The notes beneath the pieces were generated by a model, which was not told the DNA's origin, made no database searches, and saw only the letters and a list, made by a program, of their open reading frames with translations. Both the position numbers and the translations under genes were made by a program. A stretch of 14,154 nucleotides of DNA, taken from NCBI GenBank assembly GCA_043810635.1, contig JBDRNY010000081.1, positions 1 to 14,154 on the forward strand, in the 5' to 3' direction. Source of the stretch: Candidatus Micrarchaeota archaeon (lineage in GTDB: Archaea; Micrarchaeota; Micrarchaeia; Anstonellales; Anstonellaceae). Of this stretch, positions 1 to 7,261 are shown in pieces (positions within the stretch are counted from its first letter, which is position 1; every line of letters begins with the position of its first letter).

Positions 1-1415
1 GCCAAAAAGGCTATAATCAAAATTCCTATTCCAGCGCTTGTCATCAAATTAATTTCAGCGAAAAAGCCTATTATTGCACAAAGAATTGCAAGCAAAATAA
101 GCGCAACAGCCGGCGCAAGCAATTTTTTGTCATACCAGCAAAGCAAATTGACAAAAAACAGTTTTACAAGCAAAAATACTGTATCACTGATATTCGGCAC
201 TTTTTTACCCACTTTCATTTCAACCGCTTTCATGCACGCCTGCAAAACCCTTGGAACTGCATACCCTGCCAATAGGATAAATGCTATTGCACCCGCCAGA
301 ATAACTAACAACAGCCAGGCAGCTGCCCCGACTCCGCCAGTAACTGCGGCTCCGACAAATGCCACCACTGAAATTGCTGCAAATAGCAGTATTGCACTGA
401 TTACAAACCCTGCGCTCCATACAAGCACATCCTTCTGCTTCACTCCTTCAGCCGAAGTTCTCATTCCTTTCAAAACATTAAATTCACTCTCATTTTGCTC
501 AAATATTTTTATCTTCTCTTCCCACCCCTCTTTTTTCGCAGCACCTGCAGAATCAAAATATGAGAAAAAGTTTGCTCTCAATGCCATAAAATATGCAAAT
601 GCATATGTGCCTGCAATTGCAACAGGAATTGCAAGCAAAAGCCCCATCCCAAAAATCGACAGATCTAATAATTGTCCAGAAGTTGCAAACTCTGCTACTG
701 CAATAATGCCCATTGTAGCAAACATAACTATTCCCAAGACAAGAAACAATGCATAAAATACAATCTGAAATGCATTGAATATCAAGCTGCTGTACATATA
801 ATCTGCCAAAAATACTTCCAATGTTTGCCCTTTCACCAGTTTAAATGATTTTTTGGGCATATTCATGCCATGTCCGTCCCCCCTCAAATACATATATGAT
901 GCAAACTGGGTTCTCCATGAATGAATTATGCAAATAAAAATCCATACAAATATTGTAAATATCCCCAGTGCGAAAGCAATAATGAAAAATGTTTTTTCAA
1001 CAATTCCTATCAAGGCAACAAGAAGGGCTATTATAATAAGCACAAGCACAGGCACAAACAGCCTTTTGTCATACCATGAGAAAACATTTACAAAAAGCAA
1101 TTTCAGATTAAATATGAGCCATTCAAAAGGATTTGGAATTTTTTTTGCAACTTTCACCCCGCCCGCTTTCATAGATGCCGCCTGCATTCTGGGCGCGGCA
1201 TAAAATCCAAGGAAAAGCATCAATACTAAGCAGAGGAATAATGAAAGAATAAACCATAGTGGCTCCCCCCTGCTAAGTATTACATTTGATATTAGTATAA
1301 ATTCAAAAACTAATAATAAAACAACCATTAAAGCAGACCATTTAATCAATTCCGGCTTTCTAAAATCTTTCCAGGCGGTTTTCAATCCTATAAGCAAATT
1401 ATAATTATTTGGCAT
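1..1415 (-). CDS. Polytopic membrane protein of unknown function with an internal ~313-aa duplication; 3' end runs off the window (>=471 aa)
   Basis: Manual translation from ATG at 1415 (GGGAGGG SD upstream, 11 nt after the trpS stop) gives MPNNYNLLIGLKTAWKDFRKPELIKWSALM... with no stop down to base 1. It has many hydrophobic segments. The motif YAxPR...MKA...KKxPN...KLxFVN...WYDK occurs twice. Absent from the ORF track because there is no stop inside the window. Confidence 0.9.
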   Translation of the reverse strand, partial: MPNNYNLLIGLKTAWKDFRKPELIKWSALMVVLLLVFEFILISNVILSRGEPLWFILSLFLCLVLMLFLGFYAAPRMQAASMKAGGVKVAKKIPNPFEWLIFNLKLLFVNVFSWYDKRLFVPVLVLIIIALLVALIGIVEKTFFIIAFALGIFTIFVWIFICIIHSWRTQFASYMYLRGDGHGMNMPKKSFKLVKGQTLEVFLADYMYSSLIFNAFQIVFYALFLVLGIVMFATMGIIAVAEFATSGQLLDLSIFGMGLLLAIPVAIAGTYAFAYFMALRANFFSYFDSAGAAKKEGWEEKIKIFEQNESEFNVLKGMRTSAEGVKQKDVLVWSAGFVISAILLFAAISVVAFVGAAVTGGVGAAAWLLLVILAGAIAFILLAGYAVPRVLQACMKAVEMKVGKKVPNISDTVFLLVKLFFVNLLCWYDKKLLAPAVALILLAILCAIIGFFAEINLMTSAGIGILIIAFL

Positions 1416-1426
1416 ATCCCTCCCCC

Positions 1427-2515
1427 CTAATCCTGCCTCTCAATTATTTTTTCAGCTTTTTTCATCATCATCTCTCTTTTCTTTTGATGCTCTTCCATCC
1501 ATTTAACAGCCAATTCCACAACTTCTTTTTTGCACTCTCCGCAAAGCATTTTCCCTTTTGTGCACCTCTCATACCTTTCCTTCAATTCCTTATCACTTTT
1601 TTCAAAATGCATTTTGCACAAATCATAAACAGCACACACTTCAATATCTCCCCCCAACCTCTTCTGCTCTTCAGCAGTTTCCCTTCCTCCAGTGAGGGCA
1701 TTCATCAATTTCCTCTCAACACTTTCAATATTTTCAGAAAGCCAAATCATGGATTCCGGCTCCCTTTTAGACATTTTTGCCTCCCCTTTCAAATTTTTCA
1801 CAAATTTATGATAAGTCGCGCTCGGAAGCACAAGCTTTTCCTTAAATGCCAAATCCCTGCTCAACCTTATATGCGGGTCCTGGTCTATTCCAACAGGCAC
1901 CAATACATTTTTCTGCCCCCCAAAATCCTCATGCTGGGGCAAAAATATATCCCCAATTTGCACAAGCACTGACAAATACAATGCCATGGGCTTTTTTCCG
2001 TAAATTGCTTCAAAAGTAGCACGAGTAACCCTATTAGACAATAAAAATGCTTTTTCCATCACCCTATTTTCCTTTGATTGCCTGTAAATATATGCATTTT
2101 TTTCATCCAAGCCTAATGCAAGCAAATCCGCAATATTTGAAACAGCATATTTCCTCCCTTCCTCAAGCAACAGCCCATTATCTGCATTAGCTTCCAAATC
2201 CGCAACTGAATAATATATTTTTGCGCCAAACTCTTTTTGGAAAAATATTATTTCCTCAGCAGTTTGCTTGCTTCCCAAATGAAAATCTCCCGAGGGTTTT
2301 ATGCCTGTGAGTATTGCAACTTTTTTCCCTTCCTCTTTTGCTTTCATCCATTTTCCCAAATCCCGGTGCGCGACAATTATATCTCTTGAAAATAAATGGC
2401 TTTTTTCAAATTTCTTTTTCATTGCCGCATTTATTTTTTCCAATCCAAATTCCTTAAATAATTTTGCAGTATCTGCAGGCAATTCCGTGCTCCAGGGGTC
2501 AATTCTTTCTCCCAT
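1427..2515 (-). CDS. trpS: Tryptophan--tRNA ligase, archaeal type
   Basis: N-terminal IDPW, TGIKPSGDFHLGS (HIGH-like), VPVGIDQDPHIRLSRD, KMSKR (KMSKS-like), ALTGGRETAEEQKRLGG. ATG at 2515 with GAGTGA SD is preferred over GTG at 2524. Confidence 0.97.
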   Translation of the reverse strand: MGERIDPWSTELPADTAKLFKEFGLEKINAAMKKKFEKSHLFSRDIIVAHRDLGKWMKAKEEGKKVAILTGIKPSGDFHLGSKQTAEEIIFFQKEFGAKIYYSVADLEANADNGLLLEEGRKYAVSNIADLLALGLDEKNAYIYRQSKENRVMEKAFLLSNRVTRATFEAIYGKKPMALYLSVLVQIGDIFLPQHEDFGGQKNVLVPVGIDQDPHIRLSRDLAFKEKLVLPSATYHKFVKNLKGEAKMSKREPESMIWLSENIESVERKLMNALTGGRETAEEQKRLGGDIEVCAVYDLCKMHFEKSDKELKERYERCTKGKMLCGECKKEVVELAVKWMEEHQKKREMMMKKAEKIIERQD

Positions 2516-2529
2516 AAATTTCACTCAAT

Positions 2530-3243
2530 TTATTTTCCCTTTTTTTTCTTTTTCACACCCACCTTAAACCCTTCTTCATCTATAATGCAGGGGTGCACAT
2601 CCTGCTGGTGGGGCGTTCCGCGCAATTTCACAACATCTAAAGTGCGCATCCTCTTTGTCCCCTCCCTCATCCATCCAAGGTGTATATATCCGTCAGTCAT
2701 ATTTTCAATTCCATAACTAGTCCTTGGAATATTCGGGTCAGGCGGAACCATGTCTTCTGCAGTAATAAGGGTGGTTGCACCCCATTTTCTTATTGTATTT
2801 ACTATTTTCTGCAAATGCATCCTCCTCTCATCTGCAGGCGCATGCATTGCAAGCGGAGTAATAGAGTCAAACACAACCCTTTCCACCCCTAAAGTGTCAA
2901 TCAATTCCAAAATGCTTCCTTCCTGCTCCAAAAACCCTGACAATTCATTTTGCGGGTATTCAATAAACACCACTTGCTTTTCCCTTTCCATTTTCGGCAA
3001 ATCCCACTTAAACCCCAACATATTTGCAAATATTGAAAATTTCGGCTCATCAAATGTAATATACAGCCCCGGTTCCTTATTTTGCCTATGCCCGTTTACA
3101 AGAAATTGGGTGGAAAAAATAGTTCTTCCGCTCCCTGTGCTTCCCGAGAGGGCAATTAAATTATTTTTGGTAAACCCCCCTCCGATTATATCATTCAGCC
3201 CCGGAATTCCGGAAGGCACCCTTGGAAACAATACATTATCCAT
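2530..3243 (-). CDS. Single-domain KaiC-like / RecA-superfamily ATPase with degenerate Walker A
   Basis: SGIPGLNDIIGGG, GSTGSGRT (Walker A), YITFDE, RVVFDSIT (Walker B), DGYIHL, RTLDVVKLRG. ATG at 3243 is preferred over GTG at 3252. Confidence 0.9.
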   Translation of the reverse strand: MDNVLFPRVPSGIPGLNDIIGGGFTKNNLIALSGSTGSGRTIFSTQFLVNGHRQNKEPGLYITFDEPKFSIFANMLGFKWDLPKMEREKQVVFIEYPQNELSGFLEQEGSILELIDTLGVERVVFDSITPLAMHAPADERRMHLQKIVNTIRKWGATTLITAEDMVPPDPNIPRTSYGIENMTDGYIHLGWMREGTKRMRTLDVVKLRGTPHQQDVHPCIIDEEGFKVGVKKKKKGK

Positions 3244-3255
3244 CCTGCACACCCT

Positions 3256-3774
3256 CTACCCGCTTTTTTCCTCTCCATTACTTTCTTTAATCCTATCCCT
3301 CAGCTTTTTTCCAAGCTCTCCTTTTGCAGCCATCTTTTTTTCAAAGCTTTTCTTCTGCTCCTCATTCATCGTTTTTGTAAGTATGTGATAAGTTAATTGC
3401 TGGGAAGTTGCACTTATTCCCATCAATGCATTCTGCATCTCTCCCGCATCAATTTTTGCATCCAACGGCTCTTCCACCTCAATTCCAATAGGAGTATAAG
3501 TCATAGTCAGCCTCATCAAATCTGAAAAGCCTGAAACAAGCATGCTCACTTTTGCTGTCGTGGAAAACAATTCCTCCCTCTTAATAGGCTCATCTATTTC
3601 AGCAACAGCCATCCTCACTCCCGCTTCTTTTGTAATCTTGCTTACAAACCCCACCATAATATTTTGCAAAGCTTCTTTATTTCCTGCATGCATGTCAAAA
3701 TAAAAATACACAAAAAATCCCCCATCTCTAATAACATCATGCTTTAATTGCTCAAATTTCTTCATTTCAGCCAT
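3256..3774 (-). CDS. Hypothetical protein (alpha/beta core, charged helical C-terminus), resembles a conserved archaeal uncharacterised family
   Basis: 172-aa ORF with ATG, tightly packed upstream of the KaiC-like gene. The pattern FSTTAKV...L...YTPIGIEVEEP looks familiar from archaeal hypotheticals, but I cannot name the family. Confidence 0.8.
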   Translation of the reverse strand: MAEMKKFEQLKHDVIRDGGFFVYFYFDMHAGNKEALQNIMVGFVSKITKEAGVRMAVAEIDEPIKREELFSTTAKVSMLVSGFSDLMRLTMTYTPIGIEVEEPLDAKIDAGEMQNALMGISATSQQLTYHILTKTMNEEQKKSFEKKMAAKGELGKKLRDRIKESNGEEKSG

Positions 3775-3860
3775 AAAAATTACCCTAATTCTATTCTAAC
3801 AACACTTTTATTAATAAATGGCATATGCTCCCGCCAACGTTATATAATACATAACAATTG

Positions 3861-5027
3861 TTATCCCAAACTTAACATTCCTATTGCCCCATACAACCCT
3901 TTTGCCGCCCCTCTCACTTTCCATCCAGCCTTTGCAACTATCATCAAATCATCCTCAATCATTTCATGCCTTACAATTTCCGCCTTTTTCGCATCCCCTA
4001 TTTCCAGCACTCCCATTCCCCCGAAAATGCCTGCCCTTTCCCCTCCAATTATTTTCGGGGCAACAAACAATATAATTTCATCAACCAATTCCTCTTTTAT
4101 CAGTTCAGCAGCCAATTCCGCCCCCCCTTCGCACATAACATGATTTATCCCCATCTTGCCCAATTGCTTAAACAAATATTTTAAATCAAATTTCACATCA
4201 CTCTTCGACGGGCATTCAATTAATTTAATTTTCCTCCCTTCAAGCATCTTTTTCTTCTCCTTATCAGCATCTTTCATGCATGCAATAACAACATTTTTGT
4301 CAAACAATACATTTGCATCATGGGGAATTCTCAAATTCCCGTCCACAATCACCCTCAAAGGATCTTTTCCCCCTTCCACCCTGCAAGTAAGGTGCGGATT
4401 ATCTGCCAATATTGTGCCAATTCCAACCATCACCGCTCCAACCTTCCCCCTCATTTTATGGACAATTTCCCTTGCCTTCTTCCCAGAAATCCATTTCGAA
4501 TCCCCGGTTTTAGTAGCAGTCCTTCCATCCAAACTCATTGCCATTTTCAAAGTAATAAGTGGCATCCCGGTTTTCACATGTTTTAAATAAGCAGCATTCA
4601 ATGCCCTCGCCTTTTCTCCCAAAATTCCAATTTCCACTTCTACCCCCTTCTTTCTCAACTCGTCAGTCCCCCCGCCTTTCACCTTTTCATTCTCATCTTT
4701 CATTCCAATTACAATTTTCTTAATTTTATTTTTTATTATTTCATCACTGCAAGGCCCCGTCCTTCCTTTATGGTTGCAAGGTTCCAAATTAACATACATA
4801 ACAGAATTTGCAAGCATTTCGCCCGCCTTTTTCCCAAATTTCTTTTTCACATTTTCAATAGCATTAATTTCAGCATGCGCCTTCCCTGCCTTTTCATGCC
4901 ACCCTTCCCCAATCACTTTCCCCTCTTTTACAATAACACATCCAACATATGGATTTGGAAAAGGCCTTCCTTTCACTGCTAATTCTAATGCTTTTTGCAT
5001 GAAACAAGCATCTTTTTTACAATCCAT
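3861..5027 (-). CDS. ribD: Bifunctional diaminohydroxyphosphoribosylaminopyrimidine deaminase / reductase (bacterial-type RibD)
   Basis: PNPYVGCVIV, HAE, LEPCNHKGRTGPC (Zn deaminase); KMAMSLDG, VGIGTILADNPHLT, EGG (reductase). Likely start is ATG 5027 with GAGGA SD, overlapping the ribA end by 11 nt. The track start at 5099 is over-extended. Confidence 0.96.
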   Translation of the reverse strand: MDCKKDACFMQKALELAVKGRPFPNPYVGCVIVKEGKVIGEGWHEKAGKAHAEINAIENVKKKFGKKAGEMLANSVMYVNLEPCNHKGRTGPCSDEIIKNKIKKIVIGMKDENEKVKGGGTDELRKKGVEVEIGILGEKARALNAAYLKHVKTGMPLITLKMAMSLDGRTATKTGDSKWISGKKAREIVHKMRGKVGAVMVGIGTILADNPHLTCRVEGGKDPLRVIVDGNLRIPHDANVLFDKNVVIACMKDADKEKKKMLEGRKIKLIECPSKSDVKFDLKYLFKQLGKMGINHVMCEGGAELAAELIKEELVDEIILFVAPKIIGGERAGIFGGMGVLEIGDAKKAEIVRHEMIEDDLMIVAKAGWKVRGAAKGLYGAIGMLSLG

Positions 5028-5640
5028 TATCCTCATCCAGAATATGCCCCATTTTCTCTTTTTTTGTATACAAATATCTTGCATTGCTTGCATTTGCATC
5101 TGAAACTATGGGTATCCTCCCCTCAACCTTTATTCCCTCTTTTTTCAACCCTTTAATTTTCCTTGGATTATTGCTAATAAGCATAATTGATTTAATTTCC
5201 AGCCATTTCAGCATATCTGCAGCCGACTCATACCCCCTCAAATCATCTGCAAATCCTAATTGATGATTTGCTTCCACAGTATCCAGCCCCTTATCTTGCA
5301 ATGCATATGCCTTTATTTTATTGGCCAAGCCAATTCCTCTCCCTTCCTGATTCATATATAATAAAATTCCTTCATGCTGCTCACTCAAATATTCCAGCGC
5401 TTTTTCAAGCTGCTGCCCGCAATCACACCTCATCGAACCTAAAGCATCCCCTGTAATACACATTGAATGAATTCTTACAGCCACTTTCTCTTTTTTCTCA
5501 ACATTCCCATTTACAAGCGCCAAATGGGTTTTTCCATCTCCCCCCTGAAATGCATATACTTTAAACTCCCCGTATCTGCTGGGAAATTTTGCCTGGGCAA
5601 TAAATTTTGTTCTTTTTTCATCTTTTTCTTTTTCCTCCAT
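5017..5640 (-). CDS. ribA: GTP cyclohydrolase II
   Basis: RIHSMCITGDALGSMRCDCGQQL (three Zn cysteines), QEGRGIGLANKIKAYALQDKGLDTVEAN, SNNPRK, YLYTKKEKMGH. Likely start is ATG 5640 with GGGGAG SD. Confidence 0.96.
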   Translation of the reverse strand: MEEKEKDEKRTKFIAQAKFPSRYGEFKVYAFQGGDGKTHLALVNGNVEKKEKVAVRIHSMCITGDALGSMRCDCGQQLEKALEYLSEQHEGILLYMNQEGRGIGLANKIKAYALQDKGLDTVEANHQLGFADDLRGYESAADMLKWLEIKSIMLISNNPRKIKGLKKEGIKVEGRIPIVSDANASNARYLYTKKEKMGHILDEDNGL

Positions 5641-5684
5641 AATATTCTCCCCTTCCCGCATTCTTTTTCCGGCTTTCCCCGCTT

Positions 5685-6119
5685 CTACCCTTCCTGCTTT
5701 CTGCATTCATTTTTAGCATCAATCAATTTCACAACAGCTTCAACAGCCCTTTTTGCATAAATTTCAGCCCGTGCCCTTGCCTTATCATAACTCACACCCG
5801 GCCCAATCACTCCAAATCCAACAGGCTTCCCATGTTTCACGCTTATCTCACTAAGCATTTTTGCACAAGCTATTGATATAATTTCATCATGCTTTGTTTC
5901 CCCTTTAATAATTGCCCCCAAAGCAACAACACCTTCAACATCATCACGCCCGGCAAGCTCGCTCACAATTATCGGCATATCATATGCACCAGGCACATGC
6001 ACCACTTTCACAACTTCCACATCATTCTCTTTTGCAGCATCCCTTGCTTTCTTTTCCATCCTTCTTGTAATTTCATCATTAAAATCTGAAACAACAATTG
6101 CAATTTTCTTTTTTGCCAT
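5685..6119 (-). CDS. ribH: 6,7-dimethyl-8-ribityllumazine synthase (archaeal-like)
   Basis: IAIVVSDFNDEIT, VPGAYDMP, VVALGAIIKGETKHDEII, KPVGFGVIGPG. Confidence 0.96.
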   Translation of the reverse strand: MAKKKIAIVVSDFNDEITRRMEKKARDAAKENDVEVVKVVHVPGAYDMPIIVSELAGRDDVEGVVALGAIIKGETKHDEIISIACAKMLSEISVKHGKPVGFGVIGPGVSYDKARARAEIYAKRAVEAVVKLIDAKNECRKQEG

Positions 6120-6136
6120 AAATATTACCTAATAAT

Positions 6137-6646
6137 CTATTTTTTTATTATCCCACCTTCATCTTCCCTTCCCTGCCTTCTTCCACTCCCCGCCCTTTCA
6201 ATTAATTTCTCAGGATGCAAAACAATCCACACAGCATTATGCACATGCTTCCTAACCCTATCTTCGCATAATAAATACAAATCTTTTTCATCCAATTTCC
6301 CATTCACAATGCTTTCTTTCATATGCATAAACACTTCAATTATATGTTTTGAATATTTCAGCATCACCTGCTGAATTGCCGAAGATGCTTCATGGGCGCA
6401 CACTTCATCAATATCTGCTTCCCCAACCATGCCCAATGCCATCACAACATCACATTTTTCCTTTTCAAATAAAAGTTGGCATTCCACCGGCAAATCCTTA
6501 ATTCCCGGAACCGTTTTCCTTACAAAATTAATTTTTTCATTTTCCTTATCCCCGCCCGCATTCTCGTTTATCTTACTTAATTCGTCTAAAGCTATTGCTC
6601 CCATATTAATTCTTGAAAACGTTGTATCCACTATGCCTATTTTCAT
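6137..6646 (-). CDS. ribC: Riboflavin synthase, archaeal type (lumazine-synthase paralog)
   Basis: MKIGIVDTTFSRINMG, TVPGIKDLPV, CAHEAS, HIIEVFMH, RAGSGRRQGREDEG. Start is ATG 6646 with GGGAG SD; the track start at 6706 lies inside the toxin gene. Confidence 0.94.
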   Translation of the reverse strand: MKIGIVDTTFSRINMGAIALDELSKINENAGGDKENEKINFVRKTVPGIKDLPVECQLLFEKEKCDVVMALGMVGEADIDEVCAHEASSAIQQVMLKYSKHIIEVFMHMKESIVNGKLDEKDLYLLCEDRVRKHVHNAVWIVLHPEKLIERAGSGRRQGREDEGGIIKK

Positions 6647-6687
6647 TTCTCCCACATGCAAATTAGGCAGATTGATATAAATAAGGC

Positions 6688-6945
6688 TTACTGCCCCCCA
6701 TACCATTTTTCATATTCTTTATGGGTTGCAAAAACATGAACAACCCAAAGAACATCTCCCTTTTCCAGGCATATTATCCTCCCCTGCCCGACTTCGCCTA
6801 CTAAGAATTCAGAATTTCCCTTAAGCCTTTTTTTAGGCGGCACTGCTTCATATTTTATCATTTGCTTTAAATACGCCCTTCTTAAAGAATTGTCAAGCAT
6901 TGCCAGCTCTTTTCTTGCCTGTTTCGTGGTTTTCACTTTAGGCAT
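6688..6945 (-). CDS. Putative type II toxin, RelE/ParE/HigB superfamily
   Basis: 85 aa and basic. N-terminal VKTTKQARKELAMLD, central KRLKG, EVGQGRII (compare RVGDYRII), C-terminal VVHVFATHKEYEKWY. Lies 11 nt downstream of an RHH antitoxin-like gene. Confidence 0.75.
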   Translation of the reverse strand: MPKVKTTKQARKELAMLDNSLRRAYLKQMIKYEAVPPKKRLKGNSEFLVGEVGQGRIICLEKGDVLWVVHVFATHKEYEKWYGGQ

Positions 6946-6956
6946 ATCAAAACCGC

Positions 6957-7205
6957 CTATTCAAGCTCTTTTCTTTTTATTTTAAATTTCTTCAGAGTGT
7001 CATCAAGAGACATAAGCTCAGATTCATCAATGTTTTTCACTTCTCCCCTTAGTTTCTCCACTGCCATTCTTTCTCCCTCCTCTTCAAGCTGGCGTTCATA
7101 CGCGGTTATTGCCATTCTTAGAGCTTCTGTTTTATTTGCCGCCACTCCCCTGGCAATAATGTGCGCAAGTTTTGCCTCATAATAATCCCCGATATTAACA
7201 TTCAT
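6957..7205 (-). CDS. Putative ribbon-helix-helix (CopG/ParD-like) antitoxin
   Basis: 82 aa. MNVNI beta-strand, then two helices with G-x3-NKTEALRMAI and an acidic C-terminal half. AGGTGA SD upstream. Paired with the toxin-like ORF. Confidence 0.78.
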   Translation of the reverse strand: MNVNIGDYYEAKLAHIIARGVAANKTEALRMAITAYERQLEEEGERMAVEKLRGEVKNIDESELMSLDDTLKKFKIKRKELE

Positions 7206-7215
7206 ACTATCACCT

Positions 7216-7243
7216 AATGATATATTGAATATAGCATTTAAAA
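7216..7243 (-). promoter_or_regulatory. TA promoter: TATA box (TTTTAAAT on minus strand, 7236-7243) overlapping a 23-bp palindromic operator (7216-7238)
   Basis: AATGATATATT-G-AATATAGCATT has 10 of 11 arm positions complementary and lies between the TATA box and the antitoxin SD. Confidence 0.65.
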
Positions 7244-7261
7244 TAGTATTGGTTGCTTAAT

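Noticed and set aside
3861..3930. Short C-terminal extension of RibD (GWKVRGAAKGLYGAIGMLSLG)
   Set aside because: About 20 aa with no motif; most simply stop-codon drift, and no function can be supported.
5028..5099. N-terminal extension of RibD in the track (likewise RibA 5641-5706, RibC 6647-6706, Trx 10407-10430)
   Set aside because: These precede the recognisable domain start and mostly overlap the upstream gene; downstream ATGs have good SD motifs.
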